Virus record (IMG/VR): IMGVR_UViG_3300030060_007200
Strand: one strand, 5' to 3'
DNA length: 64,000 bases
Source: a virus
Under the pieces are notes generated by a model. That model worked only from the letters and a program-made list of their open reading frames with translations, did no database searches and had not been told where the DNA came from. The first letter of the stretch is position 1, and the number at the start of each line of letters is the position of its first letter. Of this stretch, positions 8,800 through 18,238 are shown in pieces. The position numbers and the translations under genes were made by a program.

Positions 8800-9037
8800 T
8801 GTTACCTCTAACCTCCGAAGCTTATACGGTGTGCTTCTTCTACCGTTGGTTTAGGGTGCCTTATCAGGCAGCCATCGCCATTTCAACTTGTGCGCCAGTT
8901 ATGCGTTGAACTTCCTTATATCCTTTTCACCGTGTCAAATCCAGTCACCCCCATGTTTTAACCTAAATCTTCTTGTGGAGGTGGAGGGTATCGAACCCTC
9001 GTCCAACAATGCAGCTAATATAAGTAATAGCGTTCAA
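8800..9037 (-). ncRNA. ssrA: tmRNA, circularly permuted two-piece form; tag peptide GAQVEMAMAA
   Basis: T-arm/acceptor 3' half (GGAC-GAGGG-TTCGATA-CCCTC-CACCTCC-A, 9004-8976) is transcribed before the 5' half (GGGGGTGACTGGATTTGAC from 8952); G3-U70 pair; tag ORF 8896-8864 after ATAACT, ending AA-TGA-TAA. Confidence 0.9.
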
Positions 9038-9046
9038 ATATAAATA

Positions 9047-9274
9047 TCACTTCTCTACCTGTTTTTTAGGTTTTCTTCTATAAGTTCTGCGATTATTTTT
9101 AGGTGCAGATTTCCTAGAATTTTTTCCAAGTGATTTGATTTCGTTTTTTAGTAATTCATTTACTAGAATTTTATCTTCTAATAATTGTTTAACTGTAACG
9201 AATCTTTTGTTTAGATATAGTACTGTTCCTAATATACCTAAACCAAATGCTAGTATTACTGATAATGTTATCAT
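9047..9274 (-). CDS. Small membrane-anchored basic protein
   Basis: N-terminal TM helix, basic tail. Confidence 0.55.
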   Translation of the reverse strand: MITLSVILAFGLGILGTVLYLNKRFVTVKQLLEDKILVNELLKNEIKSLGKNSRKSAPKNNRRTYRRKPKKQVEK

Positions 9275-9546
9275 TTCTTATACCCTTTCCATGTTCCTGT
9301 TCCCTCTTCAAGCATGCCAAGTCTTTGTCCTACTTTATACATTTTCTGCATATCATACATAGTCTCTATAACTCTATTTGTTTCAGAGAATGTTAATTCA
9401 ATTCTCTTACCATCTATAAAGAATGTACCGATTAAAGGTTGATTAGCATCTCCTTGCGGACGTAATGCTTTAGCTCCTTTCATTAACTCACAGTCAATTG
9501 TTGACCAAACTTTCCCATACTTTTGGGGATTAAATTTCTTTGCCAT
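9271..9546 (-). CDS. Hypothetical protein
   Basis: ORF overlapping the next gene by ATGA. Confidence 0.55.
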   Translation of the reverse strand: MAKKFNPQKYGKVWSTIDCELMKGAKALRPQGDANQPLIGTFFIDGKRIELTFSETNRVIETMYDMQKMYKVGQRLGMLEEGTGTWKGYKK

Positions 9547-9757
9547 GTTTTATTTTTTTTAGCAAATTATGTCTACTCTTTTACATTTAGGATTTTCGAC
9601 TTTCTCCTTAGAATTATCTAATATATTATTTTAATTTATTAGTTAATTATTATATTAGTATACTAATTATTAGTATTATTAGTAATTACTATTATTAGTT
9701 TTTTACTACTAATATATTAAAAATTTCCGACAAATAAAAATATTTTCAGAACTTTTT

Positions 9758-9994
9758 TTATTTTAATGGATATAAACCTTCTAGTAATTGTATCATATAT
9801 ACATTTATCAGGTTTTGTTTATATTCCAATGATTCGTTTTTAGACATTATCTTTTCTATATAATGACATACAGGACTATCAGTCGGCTGTATTATAGCGT
9901 CGGCTCTATATAAATCAGTGACGCCTTCTGCACCATTATACTTAAATGCAGATATAATTCTATCTTTGTCCAAATATCTTTTATTGAACCCCAT
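9758..9994 (-). CDS. Hypothetical protein
   Basis: ORF within the minus-strand operon. Confidence 0.55.
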   Translation of the reverse strand: MGFNKRYLDKDRIISAFKYNGAEGVTDLYRADAIIQPTDSPVCHYIEKIMSKNESLEYKQNLINVYMIQLLEGLYPLK

Positions 9995-10730
9995 GCTTTT
10001 CCTCTTTCAATCTTTTGTTAAATAATCTATTTGATTCGTAATTATATGTATACAAATGAATCACAGATGCCTGGCTCTTACTAGCAGTGCCTGTAAGTAC
10101 ACCTCCATTGAATATTGAAGACATAATTTTATTTCCTTTTGGTATGTGTCCTCCCTCGCCATCAGCTGTCCAAGTTATATCTTTATAATGAGCAACAATT
10201 TTTCCTTTGCATCTTACAAGTATTTCATTAGCCATAGTTTTATATGGCTTGTTTTTATATCCTCTACAATAGTCTATCCAGTCTTTATCGCCGTATGGGT
10301 CTAGCTTTGTAGATTTTCTAACATTTAATACAACTATTTTTCTATCTGTATTTCTTAATTCTTTTTTCAGTCCCCATAGGTCAATGTTTATACCTGTGTT
10401 TAGCTCGTCTTCAAGCCTATCAAATTTCTTAAAATAATGCTTACCTCCATGACCGCGTTTTATATTTAACAGTCCTTCAGGTATACAAATCTGAGGATAC
10501 TTCCAACAAGTTTCTATCAACATTGTTTCGGCATTTGTAGCGTCCTCTTCTGTCTTAAATCTTCCAAGAAGTCTAAACGAATATTCGTTGTTTCTTAACC
10601 AATCGACTTTTTTACCTGTATCGTTTTCTTGTATATGTTGAGTAACTCTATCTGTCTGGCCTTTACCTACGTAAGCATGTAAACCTTTTTTAGAGAAATA
10701 ACCATATACATAATATTTATATGCTTCCAT
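9981..10730 (-). CDS. GIY-YIG-like (LEM-3 type) nuclease
   Basis: YYVYGY...YVGKG..DRV..H...EDA..AETMLI...LLNI..GHG. Confidence 0.65.
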   Translation of the reverse strand: MEAYKYYVYGYFSKKGLHAYVGKGQTDRVTQHIQENDTGKKVDWLRNNEYSFRLLGRFKTEEDATNAETMLIETCWKYPQICIPEGLLNIKRGHGGKHYFKKFDRLEDELNTGINIDLWGLKKELRNTDRKIVVLNVRKSTKLDPYGDKDWIDYCRGYKNKPYKTMANEILVRCKGKIVAHYKDITWTADGEGGHIPKGNKIMSSIFNGGVLTGTASKSQASVIHLYTYNYESNRLFNKRLKEEKHGVQ

Positions 10731-11046
10731 TTAGAAAATCTTTTTGGTCTTTAAGAGCCTGCTTAAGTTCATCTGACTTAATTTTTTTAGACTTTTTCTT
10801 ACCTCCTTCACTAGCTTTCATTACAGCTAAAGCAGTTTTATCTCTTCGTATAATCCTTTCGTGTGTCATACAAGGATATATTGTAAAACCTACTCTTGAT
10901 TTAGAGTTTTCATCTACTTGTATTTTATAGTCAGGAGTACCGTTATCCTTAAATGTTAATTCTTTAATTTTACCAGTAAGTATTTCGCCGGTTAGAAATT
11001 TGAATGTGACTATGTCACCAACGTTGTATAAATGTTTTTTTGCCAT
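10717..11046 (-). CDS. Hypothetical protein with an SH3/KOW-like N-terminus
   Basis: YNVGDIVTF...GKI. Confidence 0.45.
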   Translation of the reverse strand: MAKKHLYNVGDIVTFKFLTGEILTGKIKELTFKDNGTPDYKIQVDENSKSRVGFTIYPCMTHERIIRRDKTALAVMKASEGGKKKSKKIKSDELKQALKDQKDFLNGSI

Positions 11047-11047
11047 A

Positions 11048-11509
11048 TTATTTATTTAAGTTATTTAATAAGTTTTCTACAGGTGTTAACAATTCTATTG
11101 TGTTAACTGTTGTTGGCCAGTCAAATCCGTTTTGGCCAAAATGAATCCAAGTACCTTTGAAGTCAGATTGACCTCTGGTATTTGTATCGTCGATTAGTAT
11201 GTCTCCAATCAACAAATCTTTTCTATGTGTTAAGAACATTTTTCTAGACAGTTCAGGTAGATGTTTTGCAATCCAGTTTCTTTTCTGTCCCCAAGAATCC
11301 GGGTGGTTCCAGGGTGGAGTTGTAGCAATGAATACCTCATGACCCATATCCAATATTTTTTTAACTGCATCTATTGCACCAGGCATTGGCTCGAACTTTG
11401 AAAAGTCCAGTACCTCATCAGGATTTTTTACGTGTGGTATTTCGTTAGCTGCCTTTTGAAAGTTGGCAAGTACACCATCCATATCTATATAAATTCTTAA
11501 TTTTTCCAT
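11048..11509 (-). CDS. 5'(3')-deoxyribonucleotidase (NT5C, HAD family)
   Basis: IYIDMDGVLANF, PMPGA, K..WI..H and GDILIDD motifs. Confidence 0.9.
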   Translation of the reverse strand: MEKLRIYIDMDGVLANFQKAANEIPHVKNPDEVLDFSKFEPMPGAIDAVKKILDMGHEVFIATTPPWNHPDSWGQKRNWIAKHLPELSRKMFLTHRKDLLIGDILIDDTNTRGQSDFKGTWIHFGQNGFDWPTTVNTIELLTPVENLLNNLNK

Positions 11510-11512
11510 ATA

Positions 11513-11752
11513 TTAAATTGATTCGTTATACCATTCATTGTCTAATTCTTTAGAGCAAGGAACGCTGTCATTAGAAAGTGCTGATACAAAACAAAATACA
11601 GCAATTAGTAAATTGCAAATACAAAATGCCATTTCGTTAAGTGGGTCAGCAAAGTTAATGTAATTTAGAATATCGCCAGTACCAGTAATGTATGCGATGT
11701 ATAGGGCGGCCAAACCTAGTGTAGCGTAGCCAAATTTTTTAATCTTATTCAT
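11513..11752 (-). CDS. Small membrane protein
   Basis: Two TM helices; follows an early-type promoter. Confidence 0.55.
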   Translation of the reverse strand: MNKIKKFGYATLGLAALYIAYITGTGDILNYINFADPLNEMAFCICNLLIAVFCFVSALSNDSVPCSKELDNEWYNESI

Positions 11753-11848
11753 GTTTCAATTGTTATTATTTATACTATAAATATACGCAAAATTTCCGAG
11801 ATATAAAAGGATTTTGCTGCCTTTTTTTTAATTTTATTAACAAAGTTA

Positions 11849-13159
11849 TTAACAATCTCTTTGTGCATTGTAGACGTGTTTTAGTACAGGGAATCGCAAT
11901 GAGTATTCTCCTTGTTTGTTTTGTGACTCTTCAAAGTATTGAACTGTAACAATTTTTCCAAGAATTTTGGTATGGTCTTTGTAGTATTCTTTTCTTTGTT
12001 CTAGTGTAAAACCAGAACCTACACCAACCTTATTACCTTTGTGCTCTATTACGATATTACTTAAACAAGGTATTGTTTTTTCTACACCGTCCTCTATAAT
12101 CCTTATATCTCCATTGACAGCACCGATAACTTTGTATTCAGCATCATGCATTTGTTTTACCTTGAGAATATCCTTAGAACGTTTACCTTTATATCCTGAG
12201 TTTTTACGAATCATAATACCTTCATGACCGGCAGCTATAGCCTCGTCGTTTATGTGGTTGAAGTATTTTACATTAGGTATAAAATCCTGGTCAAGTACAT
12301 CGATAATATTATCGTTACAGTTAGATATATGTAGTTGGTGTATGGAATTTTCATATCGAACATATAGTGGCGTATCGCCTTCTTGTTTCGCAAATTCCTG
12401 AAGTGTAAGCATATCGAATACAAACATCTTAGGGTTATCAATGGTGTGGTTTTTACGTCTTATTTGTTTCATAATATCTTGGAAGTTTTCGTTTCCATTA
12501 TCATCTACAATACATACCTCACCGTCAAGAACAAAGTCGCCTTCGATTTTATTAACCTCGTCAATTAAATTACCTAGTGTTTCAAACTCCTTGCCTTGTC
12601 TAGAATAAGCCTTTGTGATACCGTTTTCTTTAAGTATAATACATCTTACGCCATCTAGTTTCCTAGAACCAAACCATTCCTCGTTTTCAAAATCCGGCAT
12701 GTCCTTAATAGCTTCAGCCAATGCAACCTTGAACTGTGGTATAAGTCCAGGTATTGACTTGTTAATTAAACTAGCGCCAGCACGTGTTTTTAAGTCCTTG
12801 TCAATTATATTGTATATGATATCCTCATATTCTTTATTTGCCAATACAAAACCATTAACCGCAGATATTGCAGCATGGCCAGTAAGTACCTTGTTGTCCA
12901 AGTCGTCAAGTAAATCGAATAGTAAATAAAGGTCGTCGCTATCGCATAGGTCATGACGCTTTTTACAATTGTCTGATGTTACACCAAACTGTATATAAGG
13001 ACTATATACATATTGTAGTACTTGGCAAAGCCATTTGTTTTGAGAATATGATTTGATTATTTCTTTCTTTTCGTTGGAGCTTGATGTAGCTTGTAATTCC
13101 TGTGAAAAGTTTTTGACCGCCTGAAGGGTCCTTTGTGTTTCTAGTTTGTTCCAGTTCAT
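11849..13159 (-). CDS. ATP-dependent DNA ligase
   Basis: KLDGVR (motif I), LDGE, FDML, EGIMIR, ILKVK, VGSGF and LRFP. Confidence 0.95.
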   Translation of the reverse strand: MNWNKLETQRTLQAVKNFSQELQATSSSNEKKEIIKSYSQNKWLCQVLQYVYSPYIQFGVTSDNCKKRHDLCDSDDLYLLFDLLDDLDNKVLTGHAAISAVNGFVLANKEYEDIIYNIIDKDLKTRAGASLINKSIPGLIPQFKVALAEAIKDMPDFENEEWFGSRKLDGVRCIILKENGITKAYSRQGKEFETLGNLIDEVNKIEGDFVLDGEVCIVDDNGNENFQDIMKQIRRKNHTIDNPKMFVFDMLTLQEFAKQEGDTPLYVRYENSIHQLHISNCNDNIIDVLDQDFIPNVKYFNHINDEAIAAGHEGIMIRKNSGYKGKRSKDILKVKQMHDAEYKVIGAVNGDIRIIEDGVEKTIPCLSNIVIEHKGNKVGVGSGFTLEQRKEYYKDHTKILGKIVTVQYFEESQNKQGEYSLRFPVLKHVYNAQRDC

Positions 13160-13377
13160 TTGTTAATTATTATTTATATATAAATATAATAAAAATATAC
13201 GACATATGAAAGGATTATAGCAACTATTTTAGAAAAGTTATTAACAATTATATTCCTAGAAGAAATACAATTACCATAATTGCTATATACATAAACGGTG
13301 TTATATCTATTTTGTTTTCCATATCTATAAATATTTTACTACAATCCCAAGTATGTTAACAAATTATTAACAAATTG

Positions 13378-13722
13378 TTATTTAACTTGCCATTTATACT
13401 CAGTAATATACCAGACCTCATCTGCATAGTATTTGTTTCTCGTGAAATATATTCTTCTTTCGGCCTCCCATTTATTAGAAGACCAATAAACAATGTTGTT
13501 TTTAGCCTCCGATTTTCGATCGGTGTAATACACAATCTTGTCAGCCTGCCATTTGTTCTTTGTTTCATAAACCTTTACAACATCTTTCTCCCATTTATAT
13601 TCGGTAGCATATAACACCTGAGCATTACATGACTCTGCAAATATTACAAAGAAAACCATCAGTGCTGTAAGTATTATCAACAGTCTATTGGCATATTGTG
13701 CGCCTCTTTCTTCTTCTGTCAT
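13378..13722 (-). CDS. Exported repeat protein (DUF6150-like)
   Basis: Signal/TM segment followed by about four VYxTxxKW(E/Q)A(D/E)-like repeats. Confidence 0.5.
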   Translation of the reverse strand: MTEEERGAQYANRLLIILTALMVFFVIFAESCNAQVLYATEYKWEKDVVKVYETKNKWQADKIVYYTDRKSEAKNNIVYWSSNKWEAERRIYFTRNKYYADEVWYITEYKWQVK

Positions 13723-13723
13723 T

Positions 13724-13921
13724 TTAATCTAATTCTAAGTATTTTAATAAAAAATCTAATTTTGCATCTATAGCATCCATCTTTTTAAGAACCTCGTCCA
13801 TCGTCTTAATCATGTCGGCCGCCTCACTCTTTCTCGCTTGCCCGTTCGGGGCGCGGTAGCCATAATTTTTAATTTGGCGTAGTTGGTTAAGGGTTCTTGG
13901 TTTTTTTCTTTTTCCGTCCAT
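13724..13921 (-). CDS. Hypothetical basic protein
   Basis: ORF in the early operon. Confidence 0.45.
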   Translation of the reverse strand: MDGKRKKPRTLNQLRQIKNYGYRAPNGQARKSEAADMIKTMDEVLKKMDAIDAKLDFLLKYLELD

Positions 13922-14096
13922 TGTTTTTCTCTTTGTAAATTTCGTACGCACGTTCGAACTTGTCTCCCATAGTGCGATATTTGTTAGTATCTAGTGTTTT
14001 ACTAATCTTCATGACACCTTCGTATACATGTTCGCCTTCGTTATAAAATTGCATTAACAAATCTTCTACTCTATCAAACCCCATTACATCTTCCAA
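13887..14096 (-). CDS. Hypothetical protein
   Basis: ORF in the early operon. Confidence 0.45.
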   Translation of the reverse strand: MEDVMGFDRVEDLLMQFYNEGEHVYEGVMKISKTLDTNKYRTMGDKFERAYEIYKEKNNGRKKKKTKNP

Positions 14097-14602
14097 TTTC
14101 TAAACGCATAAGCTATTTCGTCGTCCACTTTATTATCCTCAGTATAAGCAATTTTATCAGGTAGAGGTAATAAGGTATTAACAATAGTACGTAGATTAAA
14201 TACATGGGTAGAACTAATGGTATGACTAGCGTATAAGGATTCTATCCAATCGATACACCAGTCGCGTCCACGGTCCAGATTAAATTCCAAATCCTTTAGG
14301 GTACGCGCATAATCTTCGTCGGTAGGAATGCGAAATACTCGAACAGAACCTGTAAGCTTTGTATTAGACTTTGGAGATTTACCACCACGTAGTCCACGCA
14401 TAATACCGTAACCTGCACGCTGCGATAACTTGTTAACCTTGTCTGCTGTGGCCTTGTCCATAACCTGAATTGTATTACCTGTTTTGTGATAGGTAATATC
14501 TACACACGAAACGGCCTCGACGGTACTGCAATCGACACATTCCTTGTAGCCTAGGTCTACACGACCTTGTGGTATTACTGATTTACACTTTATGCAATGC
14601 AT
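14084..14602 (-). CDS. Protein with an N-terminal DksA/TraR-like C4 zinc finger
   Basis: MHCIKCKSVIPQGRVDLGYKECVDCS matches CxxC..IP..R......CxxC. Confidence 0.6.
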   Translation of the reverse strand: MHCIKCKSVIPQGRVDLGYKECVDCSTVEAVSCVDITYHKTGNTIQVMDKATADKVNKLSQRAGYGIMRGLRGGKSPKSNTKLTGSVRVFRIPTDEDYARTLKDLEFNLDRGRDWCIDWIESLYASHTISSTHVFNLRTIVNTLLPLPDKIAYTEDNKVDDEIAYAFRNWKM

Positions 14603-14790
14603 AGCTTTTCCTTTAGTCGACGTATATGTTTGCAGTCCTGATAAGGTCGGTACATATGACCTATACAATCGCAACTGGCACTAGACGTCTTGTGATTAAG
14701 TGTTACTGTATAGTAATTTAGCTTGCCGGTCTTTTTATTACGCGACCCCATTTCGCTATAGTCGCTTGTATATGAAAAAGGATTATCCAT
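14590..14790 (-). CDS. SWIM zinc-finger protein
   Basis: YTV...SCDC......CKHI. Confidence 0.75.
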   Translation of the reverse strand: MDNPFSYTSDYSEMGSRNKKTGKLNYYTVTLNHKTSSASCDCIGHMYRPYQDCKHIRRLKEKLCIA

Positions 14791-15187
14791 TTACTGCACG
14801 TTTTTTATTGTACGTCCACTCCTTTTCCTCTTTGGTAAGGTGTTTGCCTTTTACCGGCTCCATAACATAGTAGTATCCGCCGCAACCGTCGGACTTTTCT
14901 ACTACCTCGTATAACATTTGTTTATCCATATTTTTACAATTTTAATTTATACTACTAATATAATAAATCTTTTCGACATAGAAAAGGATTTTGCTGAAAA
15001 GTTATTAACAATTTTTGTTGTTTGCTTGTGGTGTACCATCATGTCAAAAACAGTTGTTTCTAGGGAAAAAATTTCAGCCCCGATGTGGGAGCAGCCTAAA
15101 GCGTTATGACAAAATGTCATATTGCACTGCTTACAGTTAATTAGACCAGGAACGCATTTTTACGTCCCCAGCCAATTAACCCCCTAA

Positions 15188-16390
15188 TTAAGCTTGTACC
15201 TCATCTTCAACGTTAAATAACTCTTCGTTTGAATCTACGTTGTTTGGGTCATATGACCACTTTTGTACAAGTTGTTTTACGAATGTTCTTTCGGAATCTA
15301 GACCTCCAGCGTTGTCGTATTGTGGATAGATACAAACCTCTGCTGCCTCCTCTAATGAGAAGCCATCGTAAATTAAGCTAGCCATTTCCACCGAGTTCCT
15401 GGTAGATATAGCCGTAGATATACGTGGTGTATCTGTACCTATTTCTATTCTTGTACCACCTACTATATCCCCTATAGCCTCTATTGATTTGCCATCTAAT
15501 TTAGGATATAAGTACGTTAGAAGGTCTATCTCTCCTTCCTTATCCAATACATCCATTTCCACTATAATGAATCTGTCTAACAGTGCTCTATCCATAACTC
15601 TTGTAGCTGTATATTCATTACCTATATTAGCAGTAGCTATGAATGTAACTCCTTTTGCTACCTCTATAGTTGGCGAATCGTCAGCTTCATCCAATCTTAG
15701 GTACCTTTGGCCTTCGTCCAATACCGTCATTAGGATATTGTGGGCATCAGGGTGAGCTCTTGATAATTCGTCTAATAGTATAACCGCATCCTCGGTCTGT
15801 ATAGCTTTGACGAATAGAGCTTCTGAGAAGAACGTTCCATCTTGTTTATTGAAGTGTGTATTACCTATTAAGGTAGAACGTGGGTCCTGAGTGGCACCTA
15901 AGTTGAAATAAAAGCTTGGCCTATCCAGTACTTCAGATACTGATTTTGCAGCCATTGTCTTACCACATCCAGCCGGACCAGTCATCATGATGTTTTTACC
16001 ACGAGCTGCCGACCTCATCAAGTATTTCCATTTAAGAGGCTGCATTTTCAATACCTCTGGTTTAAGGTCCACAGAAGTCTTGATAAAATCCATAAGGGCA
16101 ACTTGCTCTTCCGGTAAATCTACAACCTCAGCTTTAGCTGCCTTAAATTTGGTATCAGGTAGAGGTTGTGACCAGTTAGTGATATTACCACTAGATGAGG
16201 TACCAAATGTAGCTCTGCCGTCCCATCCTTGGTCGGCGTCGTCATCCAACTTAACGGATACCAATATTTCGTTTTTGTACGAATATTTAATCTTTTCAGC
16301 CGCCTTCGTATTTGGCTTAGCTGTCCAAACATCACCTGATTTGTTAACCATTTGTGTGTCTGAGATAGGTGTAAAAAATAATTTTGTCAT
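15188..16390 (-). CDS. MoxR/CbbQ/CobS-like AAA+ ATPase
   Basis: Walker A GPAGCGKT, Walker B ILLDELSR, IATAN, DRALLDRF and STR. Confidence 0.9.
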   Translation of the reverse strand: MTKLFFTPISDTQMVNKSGDVWTAKPNTKAAEKIKYSYKNEILVSVKLDDDADQGWDGRATFGTSSSGNITNWSQPLPDTKFKAAKAEVVDLPEEQVALMDFIKTSVDLKPEVLKMQPLKWKYLMRSAARGKNIMMTGPAGCGKTMAAKSVSEVLDRPSFYFNLGATQDPRSTLIGNTHFNKQDGTFFSEALFVKAIQTEDAVILLDELSRAHPDAHNILMTVLDEGQRYLRLDEADDSPTIEVAKGVTFIATANIGNEYTATRVMDRALLDRFIIVEMDVLDKEGEIDLLTYLYPKLDGKSIEAIGDIVGGTRIEIGTDTPRISTAISTRNSVEMASLIYDGFSLEEAAEVCIYPQYDNAGGLDSERTFVKQLVQKWSYDPNNVDSNEELFNVEDEVQA

Positions 16391-16490
16391 AATTAGGGTT
16401 TAATGATTATTGATTTATACTATAAATCTACGCAATTTTTTTGATATATGAAAGGAAAAAGAGCAAAACTTATTAACAAGTTATTAACAA

Positions 16491-16688
16491 TTATACGTTT
16501 GGCCATGTAGAAGAGCGGTCCCCTACTGCTTCGTAATAGTTGAATATACTCCATCCTGGGTACATAGATAATGCTTTTTGCTTTGCAGATTGTAAATTTT
16601 CTGCCTCTACAGTAGATAGTTTTACTTTTCCTGGGAATACAGGGTTGGATAGATAGATTTGCCAGATGTTTTCGTTGTCTAGATTCAT
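16491..16688 (-). CDS. Hypothetical early protein
   Basis: Directly downstream of the repeated promoter at ~16712-16750. Confidence 0.55.
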   Translation of the reverse strand: MNLDNENIWQIYLSNPVFPGKVKLSTVEAENLQSAKQKALSMYPGWSIFNYYEAVGDRSSTWPNV

Positions 16689-17356
16689 AATTGATATTTG
16701 TTATTAGTTATTTATACTATAAATATACGCTATTTATACGACATAAAAAAATTTTTCAGCGATTATTTTTATGACAATGTGGCAAAAGTTATTAACAATT
16801 GGTGACAAACTGTCATTGCTCTATTTCAGTGTCTAAGTATGCTTTAAGCTACCCCGCCACACCCTATACTACAGCTCTAGAGTACGTATAACAACGCCAA
16901 ATTTCAGTATAATGTACCACTCGATACACTCCAGATATGCTCTCTAGGGCTCTAAAAATGCGACTACGACGCGAATGTGCAAGGTCAAAATGAAATTCTG
17001 ATATATCTTAAGCACCATATATAGGTATATATCCATCGTTATCCTCCATGAAACGAGTATATGAGTAGTCTTGATATATGTGAATAGAAGGGTGGGGAGA
17101 TATTAAGCTACCCGATGTCGTTAAGCTACCTATTCTCAATCTCCCCCATGCCTTCCGTATACTAGAAGTTAGTGTCATCTGAATCTATTTGTTCGCTATC
17201 CCATATTATACTGTATATCATATAAGCCATTCCTATAACTAGTATTCCTGCTACTATCATCTTGATTCCTTTAATCTTTCTTGATGCATTTTAATCTGCT
17301 TATCAATCTTTCTCTTCTGCTCTTTCAATACTCTTATTCTTGCTCTGTGATAAAAT

Positions 17357-17548
17357 TTACCTGTCATTGTATATCTCTTCTATTACTATGATTCCTATTA
17401 TTGCTATCCCAAATAAGGCTGCAATTGGCCACCACCACCAAATAGGTAAAAATACCCATATCCATCCTATATCTATTATACCTGCTATCTTTAATATAGC
17501 CAATAATATCATTAATGATGTCCACGGATTAGCTTTTATTTTTTTCAT
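17357..17548 (-). CDS. Small membrane protein
   Basis: LKIAGIIDIGWIWVFLPIW motif; hydrophobic. Confidence 0.6.
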   Translation of the reverse strand: MKKIKANPWTSLMILLAILKIAGIIDIGWIWVFLPIWWWWPIAALFGIAIIGIIVIEEIYNDR

Positions 17549-17662
17549 CCCATTCTCTTAAATTCTTTTCAAGCTCTTTATGTCTTTGTCTGTTATCTAT
17601 ATGTGATGCTATTTGACTAGTCACGTATATACCTATTACGACTCCAACTCCTATTCCTATAA

Positions 17663-17923
17663 CTAACTCCATGGGAATACTATTCTAACCTTTCCGCCTT
17701 TATATACAATAGGATATTCGTAGTCCTTGCTACCAAATCTTACCTTTACGTTTGCATCCGGATTACTCGCGAATATACGCATAGCGTACGCAAGTGGATT
17801 TGCCACGTTATCGTATACCCCACCGTCATGGACTATTTCTACCGCTCCGGGCCTCGCCTGGGATGATAGATAATGGGCGTCGTGTTGTGATTTACTTCTG
17901 TCTACTTTGAATTCTGTTTTCAT
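17663..17923 (-). CDS. Hypothetical protein
   Basis: ORF track. Confidence 0.5.
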   Translation of the reverse strand: MKTEFKVDRSKSQHDAHYLSSQARPGAVEIVHDGGVYDNVANPLAYAMRIFASNPDANVKVRFGSKDYEYPIVYKGGKVRIVFPWS

Positions 17924-17938
17924 AACCGTTTCCTTTTT

Positions 17939-18238
17939 TTAATTGTTAATTAGTGTTAATATAAATACTGTTGATAATATACCCATAGCTGCAATTAGAA
18001 ATATTGTCATACTATCAGCATATTGCTTTTCTGTTCTACCTTGTAGCCAATCATGTCTTTTCTTTCCTATCTCTCTCCACTGTTCTCCTATTTTCTTTCT
18101 GCCTGTCCCTATATATGTTTGGCCTGTTTCCATATCTTTTAATAACCATTTGGCTGGTACTTTTGTAATGATTTTTAGCTCCACTGGTTTATTCAATTCT
18201 TTTACTTTTGTACCTGCAACTTTTCTTATCTTACTCAT
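17939..18238 (-). CDS. Hypothetical protein with a C-terminal TM helix
   Basis: ORF track. Confidence 0.5.
   Translation of the reverse strand: MSKIRKVAGTKVKELNKPVELKIITKVPAKWLLKDMETGQTYIGTGRKKIGEQWREIGKKRHDWLQGRTEKQYADSMTIFLIAAMGILSTVFILTLINN

Noticed and set aside
8974-9004. Stand-alone tRNA gene suggested by the GGTTCGA T-loop
   Set aside because: No D or anticodon arm upstream; its acceptor partner lies downstream and leads into a tag ORF, so it is the permuted tmRNA
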